A DNA stretch of 64,000 bases from the IMG/VR virus record IMGVR_UViG_3300037245_000806, positions 1-64,000 of that record. One strand, written 5' to 3'. Position numbers and translations under genes: made by a program. How positions within the stretch are numbered: the first letter of the stretch is position 1; each line of letters begins with the position of its first letter. Shown here piece by piece: positions 56,090-64,000 of the stretch. The notes beneath the pieces were generated by a model, which saw only the letters and a program-made list of their open reading frames with translations, made no database searches and had not been told where the DNA came from. This DNA comes from a virus.

Positions 56090-56143
56090 GCTGCCCTCCC
56101 TCTCGTTGTAAAGGGGTACGGGCGTGTGAAACACAACGTAGTC

Positions 56144-57517
56144 TCAACTCACCCAATCAGCGAAATTCACAGCACTCTGTCGAGCTTCGGCGTCGGTCTT
56201 GATCTTACCGGCCTTCGCTCGCTGTTCCTTCTCCCAATCGTCCTGCTTGCCCATCTCCCAATCGCCGTGGTACGTCAGCTTCGGAAAGAACTTGTCGCCG
56301 ACACCAAAGCCACTGAAGGCACGGTGCGACCAGCCATACCACTTGCCGGTCTTCGCGCCCTTGCCGATGCTGGCCACCTCGTGACTCGAATGTGATTTCT
56401 CAGGCGTGATCTTGTACCGATTTCGGAAGTCCTTCGGATTGTCACGCCAATGCTTCTCGTCCAACGCGATGGGGAACATCACGTCTGCGCGCTCGGAAAT
56501 GAAGCGTGAGCCCCGAAAGCGAAACTGCTCAGTCGGGACGTATACGCCGTCCTGTTCGCGCTCGAAGAGGATGGACAAGTCGGGACGTGCATGGATGTAG
56601 TATTCGGTCGCAGGCTGCACTGACTCAACGATGAAATTAGACTGACCGGGGCGCAGGAAGAGCGGGCCTTCGACCACGGAACGATCCATCGCCTCGATGA
56701 TCGCCTCGGTGGTCCCATGCTTCTTCCCGGTCTTCTTGGCCTTGTACTTCTTGGCGTTGAACGGGGGCGGTACCTTAGGCTTGGGCCATTCGTTCTTCCC
56801 CGGCTTGTCGAACGTTCGCGTGGCGGGGTTTTGCTGCTTCTTGAGCCACGCCTTCCCGATAGGATTCTTCAACGGGCGCTTGAGGATACGCTGCCCAAGG
56901 TTATGTAGCTGCGGCTTGATAACCGCGACCCAATCGTCAACGCTCACGTCCACGTTGTTATCGACAATGCGCATGTTCTTCGGGCCGAAGAGCTTGGCGT
57001 ACTTCTCCATATTCCGGTGCGCGCCACGCCACGCATCTTCCACGAAGCTGTCGGGCACGAAACGTCCACCGGCTTCTTTGCGCACGCGGTTGCGTTCGAG
57101 CGCCTTCTCAAGTGACGTGGTCACGAAGACCATGAAGATGTCATAGCCGAGCGCCCTGAGTTTCCGGGCGGGTTTGGCAACGCGGTCATAGGCCCATGCG
57201 GTACCGTCGATGATGAGCCCGAGGCGTCGTTGAGCGTAGTGGCGCAACTCCATCTTCATGGCATCACGCGCCTTGGTGAAGAGCCCGTATTCTTTGCCGA
57301 CCTCGGCGGGGGGTATACCGGCGAATTTCATGTAACGCTCAAGGTGCTTGTCTGCGTTGATGATCTTGAGGCCCGCACCGCCGAAGAGCGCCGTGGATAC
57401 CAGCGACTTGCCTGCGCCACCAGCACCGGCGAGGAAGACGGCGCGTAGGGTATGCGAGTCGCGAAGCCCCTCAGAAACCACAGAGTCTTCGGACACGAAC
57501 GCCTCACTCAGACTCAT
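56144..57517 (-). CDS. Zeta-toxin-like P-loop kinase with extra C-terminal domain
   Basis: AVFLAGAGGAGKS, INAD, LIIDGT, GYDIFMVFVTTSLEKALERN..R; C-terminal SIG..KWYGWSHRA..FGVG. Confidence 0.8.
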   Translation of the reverse strand: MSLSEAFVSEDSVVSEGLRDSHTLRAVFLAGAGGAGKSLVSTALFGGAGLKIINADKHLERYMKFAGIPPAEVGKEYGLFTKARDAMKMELRHYAQRRLGLIIDGTAWAYDRVAKPARKLRALGYDIFMVFVTTSLEKALERNRVRKEAGGRFVPDSFVEDAWRGAHRNMEKYAKLFGPKNMRIVDNNVDVSVDDWVAVIKPQLHNLGQRILKRPLKNPIGKAWLKKQQNPATRTFDKPGKNEWPKPKVPPPFNAKKYKAKKTGKKHGTTEAIIEAMDRSVVEGPLFLRPGQSNFIVESVQPATEYYIHARPDLSILFEREQDGVYVPTEQFRFRGSRFISERADVMFPIALDEKHWRDNPKDFRNRYKITPEKSHSSHEVASIGKGAKTGKWYGWSHRAFSGFGVGDKFFPKLTYHGDWEMGKQDDWEKEQRAKAGKIKTDAEARQSAVNFADWVS

Positions 57518-57978
57518 GCGTCCTCCTCAGGGAGCCGAGTAACCGGCGCGTCCTCGATGAGGCCCTCTGCGCCAATGAGAAGATACGCACGCGCGATGGT
57601 CTCCGTCGTGAAGCCCAACGAGACAGCAGCATGTTGCGCGGCGTCAACTGCGTAAGCACCGTACTGGTCAGCAAGGTCGTGCGCGGCCACGATTGATGGC
57701 CCGCGCTCAACTGCGCCCTCTTCGCCCTGAACTTGGTGGCAACAGTCGAGCATACGCTTGACGAGCCGATGCGTAGTGATGGACTCGCGGACCACGCGCA
57801 GGTCGTCGCCTTCGAGGTCAGTCAACTCCACTGACTCCCCCGAAAGCACGTTGACGGCGAACCACTGGCCGTCCTTCTCCGACTTGACCGGCGTAAGTCC
57901 ATTTTCTTGCTCAGCAACTTCGCAGTCGGATATCTGTCGCATGATATGGGCGTGGGGATCATAAATGCGAAGGCTCAT
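57514..57978 (-). CDS. hypothetical protein
   Basis: ATGA overlaps at both ends. Confidence 0.7.
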   Translation of the reverse strand: MSLRIYDPHAHIMRQISDCEVAEQENGLTPVKSEKDGQWFAVNVLSGESVELTDLEGDDLRVVRESITTHRLVKRMLDCCHQVQGEEGAVERGPSIVAAHDLADQYGAYAVDAAQHAAVSLGFTTETIARAYLLIGAEGLIEDAPVTRLPEEDA

Positions 57979-58319
57979 GTGAGCTTCCTCATCCGGCCAA
58001 GTGCAGCACTGGCCAAGGACGCACCGGTCTTCTGCTCGACAACTGGCGAACGCTCTCGCAGGAATGCACCGGGGTCGAAGGGCTGATCACCTTCATCCTC
58101 GGCCAAGTCACCCGCCAGACCAGCTGCGAGCGCGCCAAGCGTAGTCACGACAGGGCGCTTCGGAGCGGTCGGCTTTACCGGCGGCTTGGCTTGGAAGTCC
58201 TCCTGCGCCGATTCATCCGCGTGTTTGGTGATGCCTCGATACGTGGATGCGTCAGCTTGTAAGTGTCCGACAGGGGGGAGTACGCCGGAAGGTGCGTTGT
58301 CTGGTACAGGGTTCATCAT
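57975..58319 (-). CDS. Pro-rich hypothetical protein
   Basis: ATG 58319 with GAGGAGG RBS. Confidence 0.65.
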   Translation of the reverse strand: MMNPVPDNAPSGVLPPVGHLQADASTYRGITKHADESAQEDFQAKPPVKPTAPKRPVVTTLGALAAGLAGDLAEDEGDQPFDPGAFLRERSPVVEQKTGASLASAALGRMRKLT

Positions 58320-58407
58320 GGCCTCCTCGGTAGTAGGAGGATTGGGGGCGACCACCCTGCCCGAAGTGGTCGCCCCCGTTCCCGCCGCGCAGGAAGGAGG
58401 AAGAATA

Positions 58408-59358
58408 TCAGGCGTCGTCGCCTGCCTTGTCCTTCTTGGTTTCGTCTGGGGCACGCCCGTTGGTCACGTGCTCGCAAAGGCTGCCTGCGAGCGATGCGCC
58501 TTCGAGGATGCGCTTGGGCCTCGGCTGGCCTTCGACGGATGCGGCAATGCCCTTCTTGCCCTTTTGCGCGCCCTTCTTGGCGAGCTTCTTGGCCGCGCCC
58601 TTCTTGGCCTTCGCCTTCTTCTTGACCGTCTTGCCGCCCGCAGCGTCGGCGGTCGCCTGCCCCATCTTCGCCTTCTTGGCGGTACGGGCAATCGCGCCCT
58701 TGTGCGCCTTCTTGTACTTCTGCCACTTCTTGACGCCCGCCGGGGTGCCATCGGCGTAACCGGCAGGGTCTTTCTTGTAGTCGCCCGACTTGTAACCCTT
58801 GCCCGACGGAACGCGCTTGATGACCGACTTGTGGAGCATGGCGAGGAGCATGCGCGTGACCCTGTCCTTGCCCTTGTCGCTGCGGTTGCGAATCTTGCGG
58901 AACTCGCCCTTCTTGAACGGCCCCTTCGCCTCATCGACCTCGTAGCCCGCGAACTCCAAGGCCGCTGCGAGACGCGCCTTCTCTTCGAGCGTGTCGCCGC
59001 CGAGTTCGTTCTCAAGGTGGTACTCGAACATGGCGAGGAGGTCATCGACGTCGATGATCTTCGCGAGCGCCTCGGGGTCGAGGGTCTCGACAGGATACAG
59101 AGTCGCGCCCTCTTCGCCTTCCTTGGAGGCCTCGAACACACCGTCCTTCTCGGTGAGCCAGAGTTCCTCGAAGGTCACGATACCGGACTCGCGAACCTCG
59201 GGGTCAGCGAAGACCTCCTGAAAATCCACGCCATCGAGGAAGTCGCTGATGATTTCGCCTTCGAGGGTGAGGGTCTCCCCGTCATCCTTGAAAAGCAGGC
59301 CCATTACGTCCTGAGGATCACTGCTCGCTGCTTCGCCAACGCTAATCTCGACCGGCAT
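58408..59358 (-). CDS. bipartite acidic / Lys-Ala-rich protein, possible prohead core or DNA-condensing protein
   Basis: acidic N-half; KKKAKAKKGAAKKLAKKGAQKGKK; AAGGAGG RBS. Confidence 0.7.
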   Translation of the reverse strand: MPVEISVGEAASSDPQDVMGLLFKDDGETLTLEGEIISDFLDGVDFQEVFADPEVRESGIVTFEELWLTEKDGVFEASKEGEEGATLYPVETLDPEALAKIIDVDDLLAMFEYHLENELGGDTLEEKARLAAALEFAGYEVDEAKGPFKKGEFRKIRNRSDKGKDRVTRMLLAMLHKSVIKRVPSGKGYKSGDYKKDPAGYADGTPAGVKKWQKYKKAHKGAIARTAKKAKMGQATADAAGGKTVKKKAKAKKGAAKKLAKKGAQKGKKGIAASVEGQPRPKRILEGASLAGSLCEHVTNGRAPDETKKDKAGDDA

Positions 59359-59396
59359 GTTACGCCTCCTTCCGAATCCCATTCGTAGTACCCGGA

Positions 59397-59434
59397 AGCT
59401 TAGCGCCGGGTGACGCGCTTGTCCAGCATATTTT
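59397..59434 (-). promoter_or_regulatory. promoter
   Basis: AAAATATGC-TGGACA-17-TAAGCT, near-identical upstream part to 44760 promoter. Confidence 0.6.
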
Positions 59435-59440
59435 TGCTCA

Positions 59441-59461
59441 CTCGTGACACAGTGTCACGAG
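59441..59461. promoter_or_regulatory. palindromic operator-like site 12 (CTCGTGACACAGTGTCACGAG)
   Basis: 21-bp dyad with perfect 10-bp arms. Confidence 0.8.
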
Positions 59462-60775
59462 CTACTCAGCGTCGGAATCGTCTTCATCGTCTTCGACTGT
59501 CTCGTATGTGACCTCGTCGCCCTTGAAGAACATCTTGACAGCGGACGCGACTGACTCGTCAAGGGTGACCTCGTAGCTGTCGCCAGTCTTGACGACCTCC
59601 GCGCTGTCGCCCGCACCGGCCTTCTGCGCGACCTCGATGAACTCCTCAATGCGCGTTGCGGGGAGGGTGACAACGACCTCACCGACACCACCGGCATCGT
59701 GTGGCTTGCGTGACTTGAACAGGCCCTTGAATTCGCCACGGTATTCCCGTGCGCCGACCTTGAGCTTGCGAATGACCATGTCCACCGCGCGGAAGTCAAC
59801 ATTCCACGTACCGTCCTTCTGCTTGGTGGGGGGGTGAATGTCCGAGACGCCGCCCTCGTAGTCGTCCAAGATAGCTTCTTTGAACTTCTTGGCGTCTGCC
59901 TGCGACTTGAAAATAACCCGAGCGCCGCGCCACTTGCCACCGGCTGCCTTCTTGCGCTCATCGACGGACTCGCCAGTGTTCTTGCCCGGCCCCGGACCGA
60001 CATCGAGGGGTTTCTTCGGCTTGGGTGCAGCCTTCGTGGGAACGCCTACCCTTGGGCTGCCCTTGCCGCCTGCGCCAGTGCTCTTGCCCGGACCCGGACC
60101 GACATCGACCGGCTTCTTCGGGGCGGGAAGCGACTTGCCAACGGCCTCGGCGATGGCGTTGGCCGCGACGAGTGCCTCGTCGTAGTTGCCCTCTGCCTTG
60201 GCGTCGTCGAAGATGCGGAGAGCCTCCATCAGCTTCTCCTGCGCGAAGTCGGCCCCGTCGAGGATTTCTTCGACCCGCTCTTGCAGTCCATCGAGGGTGC
60301 TCTCGGGCTTGAGCTTACCGTCCTCGGTCTCGTCTTCGAGGACGTAGCAGAGCGAAAGGCCCTCGGCCTCGAATGCCTCTGACTTCTCAGTGGCATCCTC
60401 GGCGGTAAGGCTGCACGCGTCGGAAATGACCACACCGGTTTCCATCTGGACGAGCACGTATTCCTCAGTGTCGCCCTCGTTGGTGTCATCATCGTCATCA
60501 TCGTCATCGTCGAAGGTTTCGCCCGATGCGGGAAGGTCAGCAATCTCGAAGGCACCGCCGTGGCCCATGAAGATCGCATGGCCGGGACTCGCGATTGCGA
60601 AGCCGTCATGCATCTCGTAGACGTCACCGGGCTCCTCGTCGAACTCCTCGAAGAGCGATACCGACGCTTCACGCGCAAGCAGCTGCGGTGACTCACCGGA
60701 TTCATCGATTTGATCGGCGGAATGAACTTCGATAACCGTCCTGCCAAAAGCAGCCTCGACCTGAGCCTTGGACAT
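59462..60775 (-). CDS. highly acidic protein, possible prohead core
   Basis: ATG 60775 with GAGGGGAG RBS; poly-Asp; duplicated PKKPxDVGPGPGKxTG. Confidence 0.7.
   Translation of the reverse strand: MSKAQVEAAFGRTVIEVHSADQIDESGESPQLLAREASVSLFEEFDEEPGDVYEMHDGFAIASPGHAIFMGHGGAFEIADLPASGETFDDDDDDDDDTNEGDTEEYVLVQMETGVVISDACSLTAEDATEKSEAFEAEGLSLCYVLEDETEDGKLKPESTLDGLQERVEEILDGADFAQEKLMEALRIFDDAKAEGNYDEALVAANAIAEAVGKSLPAPKKPVDVGPGPGKSTGAGGKGSPRVGVPTKAAPKPKKPLDVGPGPGKNTGESVDERKKAAGGKWRGARVIFKSQADAKKFKEAILDDYEGGVSDIHPPTKQKDGTWNVDFRAVDMVIRKLKVGAREYRGEFKGLFKSRKPHDAGGVGEVVVTLPATRIEEFIEVAQKAGAGDSAEVVKTGDSYEVTLDESVASAVKMFFKGDEVTYETVEDDEDDSDAE
59971..60121. repeat. 49-bp imperfect direct repeat (59971-60019, 60073-60121)
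   Basis: cgccagtg.tcttgcccgg.cccggaccgacatcga..gg.ttcttcgg, in frame. Confidence 0.8.
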
Positions 60776-60824
60776 TCGATTCTCCCCTCGTAGCCTGAAG
60801 ACCACATCATGCACGGAGCGAATA

Positions 60825-61037
60825 CTAAGTCAAGCCCTTTCGAGCGGAATTTATGACCTTCCGCAGGGTGCCGCTGGACTTGGATTTCGTTACGCGTTTT
60901 CGCGCCTCCGCGCATCGCTGAGAAAGCGTGTCTGCCTCTAGAAGTGAATTCAAATTGGTGGCCAACTCCGCAACAAACGCCGCACGGTCTTTACGACTCG
61001 TGTCGATACACCACGAAATGAATTCTCCATACTCCAA
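60825..61037 (-). CDS. small hypothetical protein
   Basis: purine-rich RBS; fills gap. Confidence 0.55.
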   Translation of the reverse strand: MEYGEFISWCIDTSRKDRAAFVAELATNLNSLLEADTLSQRCAEARKRVTKSKSSGTLRKVINSARKGLT

Positions 61038-61064
61038 CCTGCCCTTCCCTTCTCCCCCCGTAGC

Positions 61065-61580
61065 TTAACAACCCCCGGCCTTCCGCATACGCTCGCGAAT
61101 ACTCATGCGAGATTTCTTGCGCACACCTCCGCTCGATTTCTTGCGAACGCCCGCACTTGGCTTCTTGGTGGTCAGGCCTGCATGCTGCTTCAGCACCGTG
61201 AGCGCTTTCAACGTGTGGAGATTGACGTCTACTTCGTTGAGCAACTCCGTATCGAACCGCTCGATTGTGCGCACGATACCGGCGAGGGTGGAAGCTTCCA
61301 TTGGCTCACTGCCGAAGAGCAACTCGGAGGCGAGGTATCGCGTTTGCTGTTGCGGGAAATACATAAGCACGGCTAGAAGCGCGTCTTCAAGGTCTTGCGG
61401 CAGCTTCGATGTTGACGTATGTGTAGGTGTGCTGCGCAGAGGCGGGGCAGACGAGGCGCGCTTGCGCAGCTTCACGCCCTCATTGGGCTTTACGCGCTTG
61501 CGGAGGCGTACACCCGAGTTTGCCGTCGCACGTGCATTCGTGCTGCATTTCGCCGACGAGGTTGCGGAGCCGCTTTTCAT
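61065..61580 (-). CDS. basic protein with GV(R/K)(L)RK repeats
   Basis: GVRLRKR, GVKLRKR, GVRKK twice, flanking a helical core. Confidence 0.6.
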   Translation of the reverse strand: MKSGSATSSAKCSTNARATANSGVRLRKRVKPNEGVKLRKRASSAPPLRSTPTHTSTSKLPQDLEDALLAVLMYFPQQQTRYLASELLFGSEPMEASTLAGIVRTIERFDTELLNEVDVNLHTLKALTVLKQHAGLTTKKPSAGVRKKSSGGVRKKSRMSIRERMRKAGGC

Positions 61581-61686
61581 TCATTGCCTTCTCTCGAACC
61601 GTTCTCCTGAGTCGCCAGTTCTGTACTGCCTGCACGACAACCAACACGTACAGCACAATGATTACGGCTGCGCAGGGTATTGACAT
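61480..61686 (-). CDS. small membrane protein
   Basis: GGGGAGGAGG RBS, N-terminal TM helix, CTC...C. Confidence 0.5.
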   Translation of the reverse strand: MSIPCAAVIIVLYVLVVVQAVQNWRLRRTVREKAMNEKRLRNLVGEMQHECTCDGKLGCTPPQARKAQ

Positions 61687-61707
61687 AACGCCTCCTCCCC
61701 CTGTAGC

Positions 61708-61735
61708 AGAATAGCAATCGGTAACACAGTGTCAA
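61708..61735 (-). promoter_or_regulatory. sigma70-like promoter with operator site 13 (61722-61734)
   Basis: TTGACA-16-TATTCT with TGn extension. Confidence 0.7.
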
Positions 61736-61737
61736 GG

Positions 61738-62553
61738 TCATCTGCTCCCATGGAGTAATCGCCAAAACTTCCTCAAGCTCTTCTTCCCATACAGGTGCTT
61801 CGGAAGAAGCGCGTGTATCGGGAAGCTCGGAACAACGTGATTGTACACCTGCACATTCCGCAGTGCGCCTGTCCGGGGAGCGTAGCCGTCTGTCGAATCA
61901 AACCAGCGCAGCAACCATTCCTTCCAGCCCTCCCGCAAACCGCGAAGCTGGTGCGGCCTGATCCGGCGGAAGTCGCCACGCCATTGCGCGCCGTCCTCAA
62001 GGCGACACTGCGCAAGAATGGCTAGGACCACGGCGAAGTCGAGCACGTAACATTCGTTGACATGCTGCGCGAGCGCGTACTGAAGCTCGCTCTGATACTC
62101 AAAGTCGCCAACCTTCTCCTTGATGCCGTGGACCCAGAAGACGAAGAGCATCGCGGGGTTCGGGTCGAGCCCCCGATGCACGGGTTCATACGCCTCCGTC
62201 AATTGCATGTAGTTATCTATCGCCCGTTCATGCAGGAAGAAGTGTCGGCCCCGTGGCCCGGTCGCCTTACACTCAATGAAGAATTCACCGTTGGCCTCAA
62301 TGTGATCGGGGCACAGGTCTGCGTTGGAATCGTTGACGTATCGATTAGCGCCATTCACGCCGAAGAGGTGGCTCGTGAGTTCCTCGAAGAAGTCGCCGAC
62401 AATCACGGAGCCATGCCAAGACCCGCGCACCTCGGGGTCGTCCCACGGGTCACCCCCGTCGTCTTTACCGCCAGCAGACGTGAGGGACATTTGATCGAAG
62501 CGCGCCCTGTTCCGAGGCAGCTTCTTCGGTGGAGTCTCAGGTTCTTTTGCCAC
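61738..62553 (-). CDS. PD-(D/E)xK nuclease-like protein
   Basis: GDFFEE...CPD...FFIECKA. Confidence 0.65.
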   Translation of the reverse strand: MAKEPETPPKKLPRNRARFDQMSLTSAGGKDDGGDPWDDPEVRGSWHGSVIVGDFFEELTSHLFGVNGANRYVNDSNADLCPDHIEANGEFFIECKATGPRGRHFFLHERAIDNYMQLTEAYEPVHRGLDPNPAMLFVFWVHGIKEKVGDFEYQSELQYALAQHVNECYVLDFAVVLAILAQCRLEDGAQWRGDFRRIRPHQLRGLREGWKEWLLRWFDSTDGYAPRTGALRNVQVYNHVVPSFPIHALLPKHLYGKKSLRKFWRLLHGSR

Positions 62554-62575
62554 GGTACCTCTGGGGGGTCAATGT

Positions 62576-62896
62576 TTAGAATGCGCGCTGAACCTCAGCG
62601 TCACTCGGTAATGGGCCATCAGCACCTACGAGCGGGACTGACACTTCAATGGACCCGAAGACTGTAGTAAAGAACGTGATGTGATCCTCGTGTACGCGAC
62701 TTATCACCTTGAGGCTCGGGTCGTCCACGATCTTTTCCATCGCCTTGCAGAGCGTCTCAGACACCTTCATGCGTGCCTCGACGATCTCAGAGGGTGTCGG
62801 AGAATCCCCAAGTTGCTTCGTCAGTTCCTCCGTGAGTTCCTCGCTGAGTGCTGCGCCAGCACGGCATAAGAGCGCCAGTGTGTTCTCAGTCATCAT
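62576..62896 (-). CDS. hypothetical protein
   Basis: ATG with GGAGG RBS. Confidence 0.65.
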   Translation of the reverse strand: MMTENTLALLCRAGAALSEELTEELTKQLGDSPTPSEIVEARMKVSETLCKAMEKIVDDPSLKVISRVHEDHITFFTTVFGSIEVSVPLVGADGPLPSDAEVQRAF

Positions 62897-62903
62897 GCCT
62901 CCA

Positions 62904-63620
62904 TTATCCTGCGAGTACCGCGCCGAAGCGCTGTAGTGTTTCCATGGCTTCCGCTGAGATAGCAAGCTTTGGCTTGCCGCCATAGAGCGCCGCGAACTTC
63001 TCCTGCTTCGTGAGCTTGAACTCCTTCATGAGCTTCACCACCATTGACTCGCCGTACTCTGACGGCGGAAGACTCTGCACAAGCCCCATACCGTGGGGAG
63101 GCTCCATACCAGCGCATGAATCCCAGACCACCCCGGCTGCCTGCTGCTGTATACCGAAGTTCTTCACATTCGTGACTATCGCCGCCATCATCTTGTCCTC
63201 GGCCTCGGCGAAGTCGATACCGCCCATGTGCGCCACGTCCTTGGGGAAGTGAACCTGCTTGAGCCCCGGCAGGATAGACTTCGGCAGGGACTTAACCGCA
63301 GACGCGTTACCGTACAAAACATCGTGTAGCTGCCCCTTGAAAGCTGAGGGATGATGCTGGCCGACGATCACCCCGGACGCTGTCTCCAACGCTTTCGCTT
63401 CCAGCCATGCCTTGGCAGCGGACTCAGTCATTTCCAGACACATCTGGTCATACGCGTGGTCGGTGATTGCGAAAAGCTCCGCGAGGCACTTGCCACCACA
63501 GTACAACCGATACTGCAAGGTACAGAGGGACATGCTGCCCACACACATGATATCGTAGCTGTTCCCCTGAAACACGAATGACTTCACAGACGTGCCCGGA
63601 AGCAGCTTGGAATGTGTCAT
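62904..63620 (-). CDS. hypothetical protein
   Basis: ATGA overlap, GGAGG RBS. Confidence 0.65.
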   Translation of the reverse strand: MTHSKLLPGTSVKSFVFQGNSYDIMCVGSMSLCTLQYRLYCGGKCLAELFAITDHAYDQMCLEMTESAAKAWLEAKALETASGVIVGQHHPSAFKGQLHDVLYGNASAVKSLPKSILPGLKQVHFPKDVAHMGGIDFAEAEDKMMAAIVTNVKNFGIQQQAAGVVWDSCAGMEPPHGMGLVQSLPPSEYGESMVVKLMKEFKLTKQEKFAALYGGKPKLAISAEAMETLQRFGAVLAG

Positions 63621-63961
63621 GAGTCGTCCTCCGATAGAACTGCACCGAAACGATTGAGCGTGCGCATGGCCATGGGCGTCAGGGCCTTGACGATCACAGC
63701 CTTCTCCTTCACCGTGACGTCCTTCTTGAAATCAATATCGCCCGGCGTGAACGTGAAGTCACCGGTAAAGGACACACGCACGTGCTCGTTGCCATGCATG
63801 AACTCGTACTGTGTCGGCCACAGTTTCATCAGACCACGCTCAGCAAGCACCTCACCCGCAGCATCGAGGTAGCAGAGCGTACCGTCCTGCTTGTGGCCTC
63901 CGCTGAGAATGGGCGGGTCGAATACTGTCTGCCGCCACTCCATGAGCTTCTGAAACTCCAT
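63617..63961 (-). CDS. hypothetical protein
   Basis: 114-aa ORF coupled to next gene. Confidence 0.6.
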   Translation of the reverse strand: MEFQKLMEWRQTVFDPPILSGGHKQDGTLCYLDAAGEVLAERGLMKLWPTQYEFMHGNEHVRVSFTGDFTFTPGDIDFKKDVTVKEKAVIVKALTPMAMRTLNRFGAVLSEDDS

Positions 63962-64000
63962 CGAATCCGCAGGGACTATGACGCTAAGCTCAACGTCGGG

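Noticed and set aside
59441-59461. Resemblance of the palindrome to matS (GTGACRNYGTCAC), parS or the NrdR box
   Set aside because: Half-site spacing differs from all three, and placement at gene starts fits an operator better
60484-60511. (TCA/TCG)n trinucleotide run; also (CA)n at about 32518-32528
   Set aside because: Poly-Asp codons and a very short microsatellite; no sign of phase variation
822-61734. Palindromes as CRISPR repeats or recombination sites
   Set aside because: Dispersed kilobases apart, only 13 bp, and no cas, integrase or invertase gene recognised
1-64000. tRNA/rRNA genes, integrase or att sites, alternative genetic code
   Set aside because: None recognised; genes are full length under the standard code and use all three stop codons

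Overview
This window is part of a large, GC-rich tailed-phage genome with a contractile tail and T4-like virion proteins. Essentially every real gene is on the minus strand and the long plus-strand ORFs are shadows. Reading in transcription order (64 kb to 1 kb) there are five blocks. (1) Small hypotheticals and a PD-(D/E)xK nuclease-like gene. (2) A head-associated block: acidic/basic core-like proteins, a Zeta-like P-loop kinase, two ParB-N/DNA-methyltransferase paralogues (one lacking the catalytic motif), and a ~2580-aa multidomain protein with Nudix, HipA/PI3K-like kinase and possible ADP-ribosyltransferase domains. (3) Head genes: gp21-like protease fused to scaffold, then gp23-like capsid. 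(4) Neck, sheath, tube, chaperone pair, tape measure, baseplate, fibre and putative lysis genes. (5) An accessory block with a Lar-like gene, a 998-aa unknown, an XRE HTH, RecQ and an NrdR-like gene. I recognised no portal, terminase, endolysin, integrase, tRNA or CRISPR array. The main non-coding signal is a 13-bp palindrome, TRACACWRTGTYA, found 13 times, always at gene junctions, across both accessory and structural blocks. Other notable items are a probable +1 frameshift in the tail chaperone pair, a single-chain 3x HxH spike-tip candidate, a domain shared by three tail proteins with a circularly permuted copy nested in the sheath, and a spanin-like ORF with an internal lipobox. All calls come from motif recognition by eye; no database searches were run.
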